A model generated the notes under the pieces. The model saw only the letters and a program-made list of their open reading frames with translations. It was not told where the DNA came from and did not search any database. 64,000 nt of DNA from Octopus bimaculoides. Taxonomy: Eukaryota. This document shows, piece after piece, positions 50,104 through 64,000 of this stretch. A program made the translations under genes and the position numbers. How positions within the stretch are numbered: position 1 is the stretch's first letter; each line of letters opens with the position of its first letter. The DNA lies in contig NC_068993.1 of assembly GCF_001194135.2 (NCBI RefSeq), forward strand, positions 62,411,143 through 62,475,142, read 5' to 3'.

Positions 50104-50239
50104 AGCTGAGTGGAATGGAGCAACGTGAAGTGAAGGGTTTTGCTCAAGAACACAACGCGTCGCCCCGGTCCAGGGATCGAAACCACAATCTTACGATCAT
50201 AGTACTGACACCCTAACCACTAGGCCACGCGCCTCCACA
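50104..50239 (-). mobile_element. CORE-type SINE group B head plus core
   Basis: Minus strand GGAGGCGCGTGGCCTAGTGGTTAGGG (A-box), GGTTTCGATCCC (B-box), GTTGTGTTCTTGAGCAAAAC core. Confidence 0.9.
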
Positions 50240-51038
50240 ACAGTCACCATGTCTTAGAGAAATTTACTACACGCATAATCGACACAAAAATAACAATCAA
50301 GTTTATCACGACACACGTATACATGTATATACACGGAAACACATACTTATACACACATATTTGCATGGTAAAAGAAGTACCATAAACTACGCAATAATTA
50401 AAACTAAGTTGAGTGAGGGCGCTCTACGACTTTATTTACTTAATGTCCTTTTGAGTGCTATCGAGTGCACTACAAAACCTGTTTGGATCTTTAGTGCGGA
50501 AAATACCGATGCCTATAAGTTATTCATTTTAAAATTCAGTATAATGTTTTAGTATTAACTTTAATAGTAATCTATTTTTTATGTTCTTTATACACTAAAC
50601 CTAGTTTTGTTTTTGTACGTCAATATAATATCTTGGAAATTCCGTGGCACCAAAAGTGCGTAATTTTATCTATTAACTCTTTGATTTTCGAAGAAGGGTT
50701 AACATTATTTTTTGTCTGTGCTTGGTCAGCTCCTCTGTGATTTTTATAGTGGCCTTTCTTCCGAGAGGTATTACAACGTCAATGAATATACAGCTCCTGT
50801 CTCTTTGTCATTGTTTCTCTGACAGTATGGATAGGCTTATCTCAGAGGATGACGATAACATAATTGCCAGTGGCCATGTTTGCTTGATGCCCATACCACT
50901 TCACAATTGTCCAGATTTTATAACTCCTACACAACTCCCAGTAGAGAGAGAAAGAGAGGCAGAGAGCAAGAAACATTAAGATAATGGCAGAGACAGTGAT
51001 ATAGAAAATAAAAGAGATAGATTTAACATTTCAAAATA

Positions 51039-51099
<61 letters not shown>

Positions 51100-51410
51100 T
51101 CTCTCTGTATATAAGTGCCTACACATCTTATTTAAAACAGATCTGTAATATATATTTTAGATACAACTCAATAGTGAATATACATACATCATATATATAT
51201 ATATATATGTATTTACCAAATACCATAAGCATATGTGATGTAGACAAATATAATTTGATTGTAACCACGAATGATATATATGCTTGCGATGTTTCAGTTA
51301 ACTAGTGCTTGATAAAATAACCTGACAGCTATTCAATGTGTTGTTATTGATTGACACACTATAAATATGGCTACCATAGATTAGCAAATAATAATAAATA
51401 AAAAGTAAGG

Positions 51411-51774
<364 letters not shown>

Positions 51775-53506
51775 AACTTGCTTGCCAATATTGTCAAATC
51801 TGTCTGGAGTAAACATAAAATTCGAATTCCCAATTCTCAAACTGCGTTTGAAAATTTGTTTCCAAACGCTGCTATTACTAATAACTTTCTGAAAAAAAAC
51901 TATGAGTTTCTGTTTAATATGCACGTCAGAGAATAGGTGTAAATGTGTGTATTTACCTGCAGGCGTGAGTGTGTTGGTGCATGTCCCCAGTGTGCTGCGA
52001 ACACGTTTTCTAAATGTTATTACATAATGTAAAACAGTCTTACCGTTTTAATATATGCATCTATCTATCTATCTGTCTATCTGTCTGTCTGTCTGTCTGT
52101 CTGTTAAATTTTCTGTTAAATTATGGCGTATCAAACAAAATGATTACCTTTTCCCAATTGCTTTTAAGTGCCTTATAATGCTCATATGAGATATGTGGAA
52201 TTGTCTCTGCTATATCTCATGTCATATGACCGGGATTGGTTTTGATTAACATTTTGATTTCATCATCAAAGCCTAAAGGTTAACCAGAAAGGTCACGGAC
52301 ACTTAGACCAAATTTTTCACACCTAAACCTAGTGAACCTCTTAGGAACACCACCATTTGAAACACAGTACGAACGGTTCTTCTAACGTCTTGTATCAGAT
52401 AAAACAGGATCCAAGAAACTTGATGAGGGTCTGCAGCAGCATGACTTGTACCTTTTGGTAAAGGCAGCAGAAAGAGTACAGTGAGAGGGTACTGTGGGAA
52501 TGGAGTATCCAACATTTCCGACCCACGCTTTCTTGAGGTTATGTTGACAGCAGGAAAAGCAGAGTTTTACGTCCTCGTTGTTTGAGCAACTGGCTGCAAC
52601 TGATGGGGAACGCAAGACAGCGTGAAATTACATGCACAAACAGGAAGTAGTAGGAAAGAGTAACTCGGTAGGGTAGGGAGAAGAAAACAAAACTGAATAG
52701 AAGAATAGAATTGGGTGTGTCACGGAGGAAAAAATGAAGGACCAAAAACAGGTTTACAGCACTAAGAAGATGTTAAGAAACAGGTCAAAAACGGCCTTTG
52801 TATGTGCAACATTGCTTCTTGGTTTGGGCTTGCTTATTGTAAATCTATGAATGCTGCTGCACTGCACAGTAAGCAATAAACGTAGTATACTATTTAAAAC
52901 GTAGTTGCGTTAGTCACCTTTAGACCATTTTTGGCACGATCTGATTCTCCCTGTCTTTGTAGGACAAAATCTTCAAAAAGTAGAATAGGTTCTGCAAGCT
53001 TCTAAACTACTTTCAGATTTTGAGAAAGTCATAATTAATAGAATTCTGAATGATACCACTTCATATCGACATAAGGGCTTGATAAATGGGCGGCGGTATA
53101 TAGCGCTTTCTTCATTACACACTCAAACAAACACATATGTACACACATACAAGCACGAAATCACACACGTACAAAAAGACACTACAAAGAGTGACTGAAA
53201 TAAGAGAAGAAACACCCCAATAGGATTGTAACACTAACTCATTGATTGCACTTCATGGTCCCTGTCGGCGCGCTATCCCGCCAGTTTTCTCGCTTTCTCT
53301 ACCTCCCCTTACTTACTTTCACCCCCTCCTCCTCACTCACTTTATCACTCTGTCTCACCCCTCTCTCCCTCTCGCTCTCAAATGTTCTTCAGATATGAAG
53401 TCTTATTGTCCAAGACACTATTGACACTGTCGTCTGAGTTGTTTTTTTTTCCCTTGTCTCACAGACTTTAAATGAATTTGTACAGGAAAAGTAATTGATG
53501 ATGTAA

Positions 53507-53545
<39 letters not shown>

Positions 53546-54287
53546 CATACATACACAGTTGTTCATAGGTTTCTATAAAAAATTTTCGGCTCCGTATTAT
53601 GAATTTTCTAGATATATTTAATCGTATTTACATCTAAAATAACAGTAATTAATGAAAAAAAAAATTTTTTTAAACATAAATCGGCAGCCGCAAGAAAATT
53701 CACTCCATAGAGCATTACCCTCCCCATCGCCCCATTACAACCGCTATCATCCCCAACTACTATCACCACCACCACTAATAACAACACCAAGAACAGAAGC
53801 ACTATACATCACACAAAAAGCCAAAGCAAAAAAGTAAATAAAAAGCAGGTCGGTCTAAGATAAGTGGAAATAACATGCTTTGACTTTTTGTACTTAATTA
53901 GGTAGATGTATACGGCATACAGTAAATATAGAAACTGTGTGTATAAACATGAGTTGTTAATTACGTCAATGTAAAGAATACATGAAGATTAAGTAGATAT
54001 TAGAAAGGAAAATATAGCAAATAAATCAGAACTTTATTGTTTATATTAGATGTTTTCTCGAGATATTAAATTTTTGTGACGTTATTAAGATGGTAAGGTT
54101 AAGGTGTTCGAAAGAGATTTAGTGGCGAGACAATCACTTTTATTATTATTAAGCCGTTACTGTGTTCACATTGTTATAGGAAATAGCTCTGGGGCTCCAT
54201 TGAAAAGCTCTCAGATGAAATTTTGTTCATGAAACCAATAATGTATGCAAGACAAATCTTTATTGCTTTTGTCTTTATTGCCTTTTT

Positions 54288-54560
54288 GAGGACGTGTGGC
54301 CTAGTGACCAGGGTGCTTCACCCAAGATGGTGCGATCTCAGTTTTGATTCCCGCACGGGGTGGCCCGTTGTGATCTTTAGCAAAACACATTATTTCACGT
54401 TAGACTGTAATCACTGCAACATCCAACGTGCAGCACACCGTGCATCCGTATAGGTGATGTGATTTGATCGAGAGCCTGAGCTCGTGTACAACACAAACAA
54501 TTGATCATTATAAGCAAAACACATGCGCAGGTTATTCAGTGAGAAACTGCGGAACCAACT
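54288..54560 (+). mobile_element. CORE-type SINE group B, diverged
   Basis: gaggacgtgtggcctagtgacc head and gttgtgatctttagcaaaacacattatttcacgtt core. Confidence 0.75.
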
Positions 54561-55678
54561 TTCTCCAACTCGGGAGACCAACTTTTCCACTTGACTCCAT
54601 ATGGCTCTGGTGGCATTAATAACCGACTATCTTTGCTCTAAATCTTCCGTCTCGCACACACTGGGAAAGAGAAGCGAGTGATAGAGATAAAGCACCTATT
54701 CAACTGCACTGGTAATATTCTATCTATTTATGCCCGTGGAAAGAAATACAAAATCGTCTTTGGCGGGATTTGAACTCGAAAAAACGTGAGGGGGGGATCT
54801 GGAAGAAAATCTGCGATGAAGTTTTAGCCAACACCTTAACAATGCCTCTAATTCCTCCCTTATCTCTGGAAAATCTAATTAGTCTCAAAGATAAAAAGAT
54901 GTTACATTTAACTCTTCGTGTAAGGATGACATAAATCTTTTCGTATAACTTTGTTCATATTTCCCAACCAGGCGAAATTGTGTTTGTTACTAAAAACTGC
55001 ATTGTGCATTGTGTACTACAAATCAATTAAACAGGTAAGAGCAAATAATTTCTCAGATATTCTTTCACTGATGAACGTCTAAAGAGGCTGGAAACTAGTT
55101 ACATTGACCTACTTTTTACTTTTCATTAATGAAATAAACTTTAGATAGCGCGCGCACACACACACACACACACACACATACACNNNNNNNNNNAAAAGGC
55201 ATCTGTTTTTATGTGCTTATATACTAGGTAGGATTATGTTTATATATATATATATATATATTTATATATACGCTACCACATAACTACATAGATCTGTATG
55301 AACATAAGATTCTATGCGAATGCAAAGAAAATAAATGGAGGAATGTAAAACTGACGCTGAAATATATGAAAGAGAGGAACATATAAATAATTAAGAATGC
55401 AAGAAACATAGAAAGGTAAAGAAAACGCACATCGATGACATCGATATATGTTATTGATTTTTAATTCTAAATATGTTTCGACTATCGTATATCATGGACA
55501 ATACTCTTCAATATCGCAATATAATGAATGCATAAAGATGAAAGTGATAATAAAGTTATCAAATCCTATTATATATATATATATATATATCTGTGTGTGT
55601 GTGGGGGGGGTATAAATCTTCTGAAAATCTAGATGTTCACCAGTATATCTTTCTTATCGTATATGTATATGAATATAT

Positions 55679-55760
<82 letters not shown>

Positions 55761-57370
55761 TTCAATGGTAGAGAAACATCTGAGGCTTATCTGCACTAAA
55801 GCTTAGGCGAAATGTTAAAGAAATGTGTAAAATTAATCTATAGTCGATATCAATTAGATATACACTAGGGGTAGGAGTGGGTAGAATGGGTGATTTTATC
55901 AATGGCGTGTCTGAAAAACTTATTTAGAATATAGGATTCCCTTTATTTACGCTCTGGGTTCAAATCCTTGCTGGTGTGAGCTTTTTTCTGTCGTCCTATG
56001 ATCGATAATGTAATTATTCTCCAAATTCTGAGACCGATTTAATTGAGTATATCATTCCCTAACGAAGTTTAGCCATGTACCAAAGTCAGAAAGGTCAAAG
56101 ATGTAGTGTGGAATTGGGGATTGCATAGAACGCATGCCAGAGTAAGAGATTCACCGTATTCATGTTCGAACGTAACGGAGGCCTATTTTGTAATTCCTAT
56201 ATGCCAGGAGATGTGTCGAAACATGTTCTGCATATGAACTGGATGAATTCAACCGAGAACAACATTTATATACAAATTTATGATGCAGGTGATATAGTGC
56301 CAATGGAAGCAACGCTAATTACATGGTTTGGCTGTAATAAATCAAGTTATAAGCATTTGGCAAGGTAATTCTGTTACTTGCTTTTGATTTGCAGCCGGTG
56401 GAAAGATATTCCATATGAAATATCTATCATTGTTCATTCCTTTAGAAAATAGGGGAATGTCAGAACATCCGGTTTCTTGTCACTTACTGCTTGAGGGGTT
56501 TCTAGTAACCAGAGGATAATTACTGACCGATCGATCAGCCGATTAACGCAGAGTATACGTAAGAGGTTGAAATTAACTTGATCGACCTGTTTCATGATCT
56601 TGGGAAAGGCAGGAATATCAGAATATAAGTTAAAGGTAGATTTATTGTTACACAAAATACGAGCACTTTTGGCGAATAAAAAATGTACCTATTTGTTTGG
56701 CGGTCGCAGAGACTAATAAGGTTCGCATCCAACGTAAATGATTTATTTTGTTATGGATAGATCTTACTTAAAGGTCACATAAAAGCAACAACGATAAGAA
56801 CATCCCCAACGTTACATAAAAATGTAAAAGTGCAGTTAAAGTGTGCAAAAAAGAGCGTAACAGAAATTTACATAATTTTTACAGGTATTGTATAGAGACC
56901 CGAACTCGAATACCTAGATATTATCCCTTCGCTCTGTTTGTCTCTTATAGTTCTTCACAATTCAGGAATTTGATGCAGTAAANNNNNNNNNNATATATAT
57001 ATATATATATATATATATACAGCCCAAAATCATTCATTGGCAGGTCATTATATACACAGAAAACATACGGAAAAATTAGGTAATATACTTATTGCACAAA
57101 CCGAGATAAAACCTAACGGAGGGCATTTCTGCTTGAAATATAAATGGTTTTGATCTTTTAGCAGCAGTATTTATCGTATTTACCAGGCATTAACGGCAAA
57201 AGTTTGGTGTTAATTTGAAGAGTTATACATTTCAGTGTATTACGGGATTCGACCTGGCAGACAAATAAGGTTACGATGATAGAATTCAACCTAATTGAGA
57301 AACATTTTGAAACTCTATCAAGATATCTTTATCTGTTTGTTGATAGAGATATTCAGATTTCAAGATTGTA

Positions 57371-57471
57371 CTTAGACTATCGAATGATTGAAAGCTGTTT
57401 CTGGAGATTAAATAATCTCCGGATTGAATAATAATCTCCAGTATTAGCATTGAATCATTCGATAGTGCAAG
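57371..57471. repeat. Imperfect palindrome (MITE-like), arms ~40 bp
   Basis: cttagactatcgaatgattgaaagctgtttctggagatta pairs with taatctccagtattagcattgaatcattcgatagtgcaag. Confidence 0.9.
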
Positions 57472-57890
57472 TTCCTTCCTAGAGATTAGTATTTAAAGTC
57501 ATGAAACGGGTGAACTTACACTGAGATCCAGAGTTCTAGTTGACAGTGACTGGGTTGTCGCATGTATATCAACATTACATACACATGGTGGCAGTCGCAA
57601 AACACACACACACGAACATACACACATAATTGCACACATTCAAGCCCATATACAATATATATGTACATGTAAATACAAAGAATAAGTACACTGCATAACA
57701 CATATACAAATCCAGGGATACAGACAAATAAACTACAACTCTCATTCAGACATATTATATATTACGCGGAAACAACAAACGATTTCGTTACCGAGATACC
57801 TCTATCTCAAAATGTGACAAATCACGACCACAGAAAATTTGTTGCGTACTTCGAATAATCTCTGTCAAATTTTAGAATGAATGAGTGTGT

Positions 57891-57929
<39 letters not shown>

Positions 57930-59279
57930 TACATATTTCTGTATGAAGAACAATGAAAACTGACTTGTAAGGTCTGCATTTATGCCTACACACTCTCTCA
58001 TATCTACAGATATTGGTGTAAAGTAGTATTAGATTACTTCCCCTTCTCTCCCACTAAGTAGCCACGTTTTAAATCTAATCTGTTTTTTTATTTAATGTCA
58101 TGACATGGCCTTGCTTTGAAATGCTTTTTCGGAGTCCGCTCTGTTGCAAACATTCGGAGCAGATCTCCGGGATGAATATAGTTGCCCTACTTCTATTTTC
58201 TTCCTTTCACTGCTACAGTGGACCTGGTAAAGATCAGGAGTACTATTGTTCCTATTCTGACTAAAGCAATGAAAAAGAAAACCAAAAGAAAATAACAAAA
58301 CAAAACAAGACATTGCGGTGATTAATGAAAGGTTTTTGCATCTGATTCGAGAAGGCTTTTTAGTAACATACTCGAAAGTTGCCTTCGTGAACCAATTATG
58401 TTTATGCCAGTATAAGGGTGGGAAAAAGCTGATTTTGTTTCCTAGAATATAAAACAATTTAAATTCTATCAAAATTCTATGCTCCATACAAATTTTAGAA
58501 CTGCAGGGTAAAGAAGAAAAGAAGGAGCAAATGGAGGAACTGATATATATAGCTTCGAAGGAAGATATACGCCATTAATGGAAATTAAATGTTATCTTCG
58601 AATCAACATTAAGCCAGTGAAGCTCTCTATTAAAATAACGAAAGCTGCAATAACAACGACAACATCAACGAAACTCAGCACTTTTCATGACAGCAATTAT
58701 GGAATCGAATATGGAGTGCGGTGTTCTGTAAAAACTTGTTATCCACCAATGTTTGAAACTAATGATGCGAGCACGTAAAGGATTACGTATATGATGTCTG
58801 AAGATAATGAATACGTTGAATAAAGATTTGACTGTGTGACGCAGATAGAAGTGTATTATGACAGAATATTTTCATGAAACAGTAAAAGAAATAAGAACAA
58901 ATCCCTTATTGAACTTAGACATTTAGAAGATTAGAAATTGAATCTAAATAACTGCGAAAGGGATGTTCAGAATTAGCCAACCGCAAGGTGTACCAGATAT
59001 ACAAGAATTTTTAGGAATTCTTAGAGTATTCAGCTGTACCTGATTGTAATTGCTCAATATTAGAAAAATGATGATTTCATCCATCTTTGAACATGACAAG
59101 TCACTTTCAGAAGAAGATGAGAAAACAAATAATTCTTTGATTAATTGCATTTCTGGCAACATAAATTCCCCTCTTCTCAAAATTATTAACCATAAATATC
59201 TCCACAAAAAATTTCCTGTGATAGTGATTCCTGCTATCATCCTGTATTTTTACCGACAGTTTAACCACATTGTAAGTTT

Positions 59280-59355
59280 AGCGCCGTAGGGCTGAACCCA
59301 TGATCACGTGGTACGAAAACTAGCTTTGTAATCACATAGTCACGCCTGGGCGCCA
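59280..59355 (-). mobile_element. SINE group B head fragment
   Basis: Minus strand GGCGCCCAGGCGTGACTATGTGATTACAAAGC...GGGTTCAGCCCTACGGCGC. Confidence 0.6.
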
Positions 59356-59518
59356 AAATTAATCTGAATACATTAATTAATCTAGTCAAATTAAACTAGA
59401 TTAATCGGAATATATTTAACAAATTTAAAGTTTATTGTTTCTATAATGTTAATTACTAAACACTTTAGCTTTTTATTAAATGAAATCTAACATCAATATA
59501 ATGTGTGGAATCTTAATG

Positions 59519-59733
59519 TGGCGATGTGGCCGAATTGTTAGCACGCCGTGCAAAATGCTCCGCGACATTTTGTACGACATCACGTTCTTAGTTCAAATTC
59601 TGTTGAGGTCGACTTTGCTTTGCTTCCTTTCGCGGTCGACAAGACAAGTACAAGCTGATCATTGGAGTCGGTGTAACACTTCNNNNNNNNNNGTGTAACA
59701 CTTCCCCGGAAAATACTGTCCTTGTGCCAAAAC
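59519..59733 (+). mobile_element. SINE group A (forward)
   Basis: Head gtggccgaattgttagcacgccg, tagttcaaattctgttgaggtcgactttgc, tail ccttgtgccaaaa. Confidence 0.88.
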
Positions 59734-59921
59734 TTTTGGGGAGGGGTTAAATCGATTACATCGACCCGAGTGATGATTGACTGCTGCTTATTTTATTGAC
59801 TCCGAAAGAATGAAAGGCCAAGTCTACCTCGGCAGCACTTGAACTCAGAACGTAATGACGGACGAAATGCTTGCAACTATTTTGTTCAGCGGGTTAACGC
59901 TTCTGCTAGCTCTCCGCCTTC
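59734..59921 (-). mobile_element. SINE group A (reverse)
   Basis: aaatcgattacatcgacccg...gaatgaaaggccaagtc...ttgaactcagaacg...gctagctctccgcctt. Confidence 0.9.
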
Positions 59922-59926
59922 TTTTC

Positions 59927-60158
59927 TATATTAATAATGGTTTCAAATTTTGCCACAAGGGCAGCTATTTTGGGGCGATGGGGATGAGTCGATTATATCG
60001 ACCCCAATGAGTAACTGGTACTTATTTTACCGACCCCGAAAGGAGAAAGGATGAAAGGCACAGTCGACCTCGACGGAATTTTAACTCAGAACGTAGCGGC
60101 AGACGAAATACCGCTAAGTATTTCGCTCGGCGTGCTACCGATTCTGCCAGTTCGCCTG
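59927..60158 (-). mobile_element. SINE group A (reverse)
   Basis: Near-consensus core and head, ending ccgattctgccagttcgcc. Confidence 0.92.
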
Positions 60159-60302
60159 AGTGTGGAAATGCGTCATACTTGGCAAAGCACGGCGTCACTG
60201 CACTGTACTCTATTGAGTACTCTTTTTGTTGGATTGCAACTCATACCAGAGTAAAACCATTTTGCACTATATATGTATGCATACACACACACATACACAG
60301 AC

Positions 60303-60373
<71 letters not shown>

Positions 60374-60436
60374 NNNNNNNNNNNNNNNNNNNNNNNNNNN
60401 NNNNNNNNNNNNNNNNNNNNNNNNNNNNNNNNNNNN

Positions 60437-60487
<51 letters not shown>

Positions 60488-61849
60488 ATGTATATATATA
60501 TATATATATATATATCTATATACACTTATGTGCCTATCTTTATACATAAATAAAGACATATATGTACATATAAATATATACATGTACGTATATATTTGTA
60601 TATATATAAATTCATGCGTTTATATAAATACATATCAGTGTGTGTGCGTGTATATATATATACATTCTTACACACCGATATACATAAACATATACATACA
60701 TGGATGCTTACTAATACAAGATCTTTTCATTAAATCGTTTTGCTATTCACCTTTAAAAATAAATATATAAATAAACATTACTTCAAAAAGATTTCATAGA
60801 AATTCTGCATAAAAATTATATTTGAGATCAAAGATATGTTTGCTATTATTCCGAAAAAATTATATTCTTTGGCAAATATGTATACCTGGATTTCAATAAT
60901 AAATGCCATTATCAATGATGTAGAAAAAAAAGCACCAAAATGAAATAATATTGAAATAACCAGTAACTTGTTTCTATACACACATTGATATCCATTCAAA
61001 GAACTAAGCTATTTATTGCCTTAATTATTATTACCTATATTAACGTTATTATTTCTTTTGCTGTGTTGTTTTTGATGGTGGTAGTGGTGATAGTACTAAT
61101 GGTGGATGTAGCGGGGTCGGTGCTTTTAGTGGTCGTACAGGAAACATAAAATGGTGTCTAAGAGTATTACACTGTATGTATAACGCACGGAGTGTTTCTT
61201 ACATCTATAAATGTCGCTTTGGAAGTAACACAGATGGTGCTTTGGCCTCTCAATTAGCGATTTAAACGATAAAACGGAATATATTCCAGTTTTATCCTAC
61301 TCACATATCCGCCCACTGTTCCTCTGTAATTGCTTTAATAATTCCATTAATATTTTTGCACTAAATGTAGCAATATTCTAACATACAATAGAATGATTCT
61401 AACGTTATACATATTAAGAAAATCTATTCTTGAAAAATATATTACGATTTTCTAATGGATTGATAAATAGCATAAATTCTTACCGTCAGGAGATGATATG
61501 TTATAAAAAGATTCTTGTATTTCTACTCACATACACATCATTAACGTTAGATATTTGAGGAACATGTGAACAGAACTAATGCATTATCAACTGATGACAA
61601 TATTCAAAACGACTGAAGGTTTGGTACTGCGTATGTGGTGAGGATGAGTTCTATACATTTTCGTTTATCTAAATGCCGGGAACAGATCGTATTTTCTTGG
61701 TATATTAACTATCACGATTTTGCGTAAAACATAGCAATGTATTTAGTTGTTTTTTTATTAACATACAAAAAATACGTTATGACACGTGTCCCTTTGAGAA
61801 CCGTAAAATGTTTTATGTTTCCTAAATAAGAACTTTATATCTTATCACG

Positions 61850-62640
61850 TGATGCACTGGACCGAGTTCATTGAAGCTGACTTCGAAAATTTCATCTCAA
61901 CATTCATATGTTTGAGTATAAGGATCTTTGCACCCGATGTACATGATATGGTTGAAAATTAAGACACTTCTACCATACGAACATGGCTAAATATGGAAGA
62001 TGGAGGAAGTCTTTGGGCATCAGAAAGTGGCTAAATCAGCAGCTGATATCGAATTAATGGAGAGAAGTGTAGAAGTCTGCTCTGATATGCTGGAAGCATT
62101 TCAAGTCAATAAATCTACGTTCTTTTGCGATCTGGTGATAAAGAATGAAATATGATAGCATCTTTATGATCTAGAAACGAAGGGTCGGTCCATGGATTGT
62201 CATCATACATCGCCAAAATCTAAGAGATTCAAAAACCCGTGAGTGGCACAGAAAGTCATGAAACTTGGCTGTATCATGAACGACGAACATTGCGCCGGGA
62301 CTCACGAAATGATTCTAGAAGCCATTAAGAGAAAGAAACCGAAGAAAGCCTGAAGAACCATGACAATGTGTAACCACAAAAATCTTTGGCAATAAATCCA
62401 GCAAGCTGCAAACTGAGCGGGTCAGTGGTGCCGCATTTAGCGTACGTTCCGGATCTAGAACACTCTGAATCTCGATTGTTCGGTCAAACGAAGACAACAT
62501 TTGAAGGGAAAAGGTTTCATGAAACAGAAACAAAGTGGAATTGGACGCTTGTGTTTTCGCAGAGATTCGACAGATTTCTTCAGGAGTTCATCTGGAATTT
62601 GAATGGTGTACGTCAGTCAATAAAAGTGTTTTGGTCCCTT
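61850..62640 (+). mobile_element. Decayed mariner (Tc1/mariner) transposase
   Basis: Residual motifs: YDLETKGRSMDCHH-SPKSKRFK (cf. YDPETKRQS.EW.H..SP..KK), HDN, and PHLAYVPDLEHSESRLFGQTKTTFEGKRF (cf. PHPAYSPDLAPSDFHLF...G.RF); frameshifted. Confidence 0.85.
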
Positions 62641-62708
62641 TTAATTTCTTCTTGGTTCAATATTCATGGTCATGAATAATATACAAGTACGCACGCACAC
62701 ACACATAC

Positions 62709-62752
<44 letters not shown>

Positions 62753-62767
62753 CAGAATACAAAAAAT

Positions 62768-62846
62768 GGGACAAGAACGCAACAGGCGACCACAAGACAT
62801 CCAGACAGATGATACGAAAAGGACAAGAAAAAACGAGAATGGGTCA
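62768..62846. mobile_element. Interspersed repeat fragment (GGGACAAGAACGC family)
   Basis: Homologous to 40515-40650. Confidence 0.7.
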
Positions 62847-63098
62847 CACACACACACATACACACACGCACACACACATACACACACACACACACACTCA
62901 TATATATATATATACACACACGCACACACATATACAAACTTGTGGCCATTTCAAATATGCTTGAGGCGCATTCGAACCTGAAATAAAACCATATTTGACC
63001 CGGTGATAAGTTTGCAATTATGCACACTACTGCTTAGCGCTGCCACCACGTATGTATGTATGTATGTATGTATGTATGTATGTATGTATGTATGTATG

Positions 63099-63280
63099 TA
63101 CAGTCGAGACACGCTGATTACAATGACAGATAATTTTAGAAACCGTGTATCATTATGAAAATTAGTTTGACCGAAATAGTTTATTTGCTTAGCGTTATCA
63201 GCTGCTTATTGTTATCACTAGGCTATTGAAACGGGAAAAAAAAACCTTCGTCTCAAAGTGATGACAATAAGCGGCTGGGC
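63099..63280. mobile_element. Tc1/pogo-type MITE remnant with an internal inverted repeat
   Basis: TA|CAGTCGAG start; arms cagctgcttattgttatcact (63199-63219) and agtgatgacaataagcggctg (63257-63277). Confidence 0.6.
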
Positions 63281-63484
63281 GAAGGACAATTGAATATGTA
63301 TTATTCAACCCACATTGCATTGCAAATCGTATAAGCACACCAGGCTTACGGTTTGATTTAAGGATTAACTGTTTTGCTATGTTTTACTAAAATTAACCGA
63401 ACCCGTTCTGTTTGATATGCAACACAATGGTCTGTATAGAGTTCCTGAAAATCGTATTGACGTGAATTGCTTAAGTTGTAATCA

Positions 63485-63655
63485 TTTGTCGCTGTTATTG
63501 TTGTTGTTGTTCTTATTGTTGTTATTGTTCGTTCGTTTTCTTCTCCCTGTTACTCTGTTTCAAACGTTGTTCTTTACTCCAACCAATTCATTGTAAATTC
63601 CCTCCTTAAGTATCTATTTTTGTTTATCATTCTTCTTCTTCTTCTTCTTCTTCTT

Positions 63656-63688
<33 letters not shown>

Positions 63689-64000
63689 ATTATTCCTTTT
63701 GTCTGTTATCAATGTCTCTCACTGTTTTGTTTGTTTTTCTTGTTCATTTTTCCTCTTTGCGTTTGTTCTTTTTGTTGTTGTCTGCGTTTTCTTTGTAGTC
63801 GTTTTGTTGATCTTGTTTTTGTTTGTTTGTTCTCCTACTTCCTTTTATTGTGTCTTTTTTTCCCCCTCTTATTCTCACTGTTCTTACTGTTCCATTTCCT
63901 CCAAGAATTTATTTCTCTTTTATCTTCATCTAACTTCTTCATACTTCTCTTCCATTTTTACTTCACTTCCCCACCCCGTCTCTCCGCCACCACCCCATCC
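63485..64000. repeat. (GTT)n/(CTT)n and pyrimidine-rich low complexity
   Basis: Direct reading. Confidence 0.9.

Noticed and set aside
58098-59289. ORFs 58098-58487 (-), 58944-59240 (-) and 59050-59289 (+), with some acceptor-like tracts
   Set aside because: No family similarity recognised; overlapping opposite-strand frames give no preference.
59670-59705. Direct repeat gtgtaacacttc on both sides of a 10-N gap
   Set aside because: Typical unmerged contig overlap, an assembly artefact.

Overview
AT-rich, microsatellite-dense eukaryotic scaffold with about 15 N-gaps, most of them flanked by simple repeats, as expected of a short-read assembly. The SINE families look like those I recall from Octopus, so a coleoid cephalopod is the likely source; this is inferred, not database-checked. 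I find no confidently supported host protein-coding gene, so the window reads as intergenic or intronic. Nearly all ORF-track entries are microsatellite, gap or repeat artefacts. The window holds many copies of two tRNA-headed SINE groups and decayed remnants of Penelope-like elements (RT and GIY-YIG), hAT/Buster, Chapaev3-like, mariner, pogo/Tigger MITEs, Helitron and a CR1/L2-type LINE. It also has several long palindromes. The most interesting signal is a set of minimal type I hammerhead ribozymes. Two have intact cores (15856-15901 +, 32254-32288 -) and a palindromic AACGUU stem III typical of dimer-cleaving Penelope-associated hammerheads, and there are several decayed copies. One hammerhead family sits in a young non-coding module that is also fused to a tRNA-derived Pol III head, hinting at a ribozyme-bearing SINE mobilised by Penelope-like machinery.
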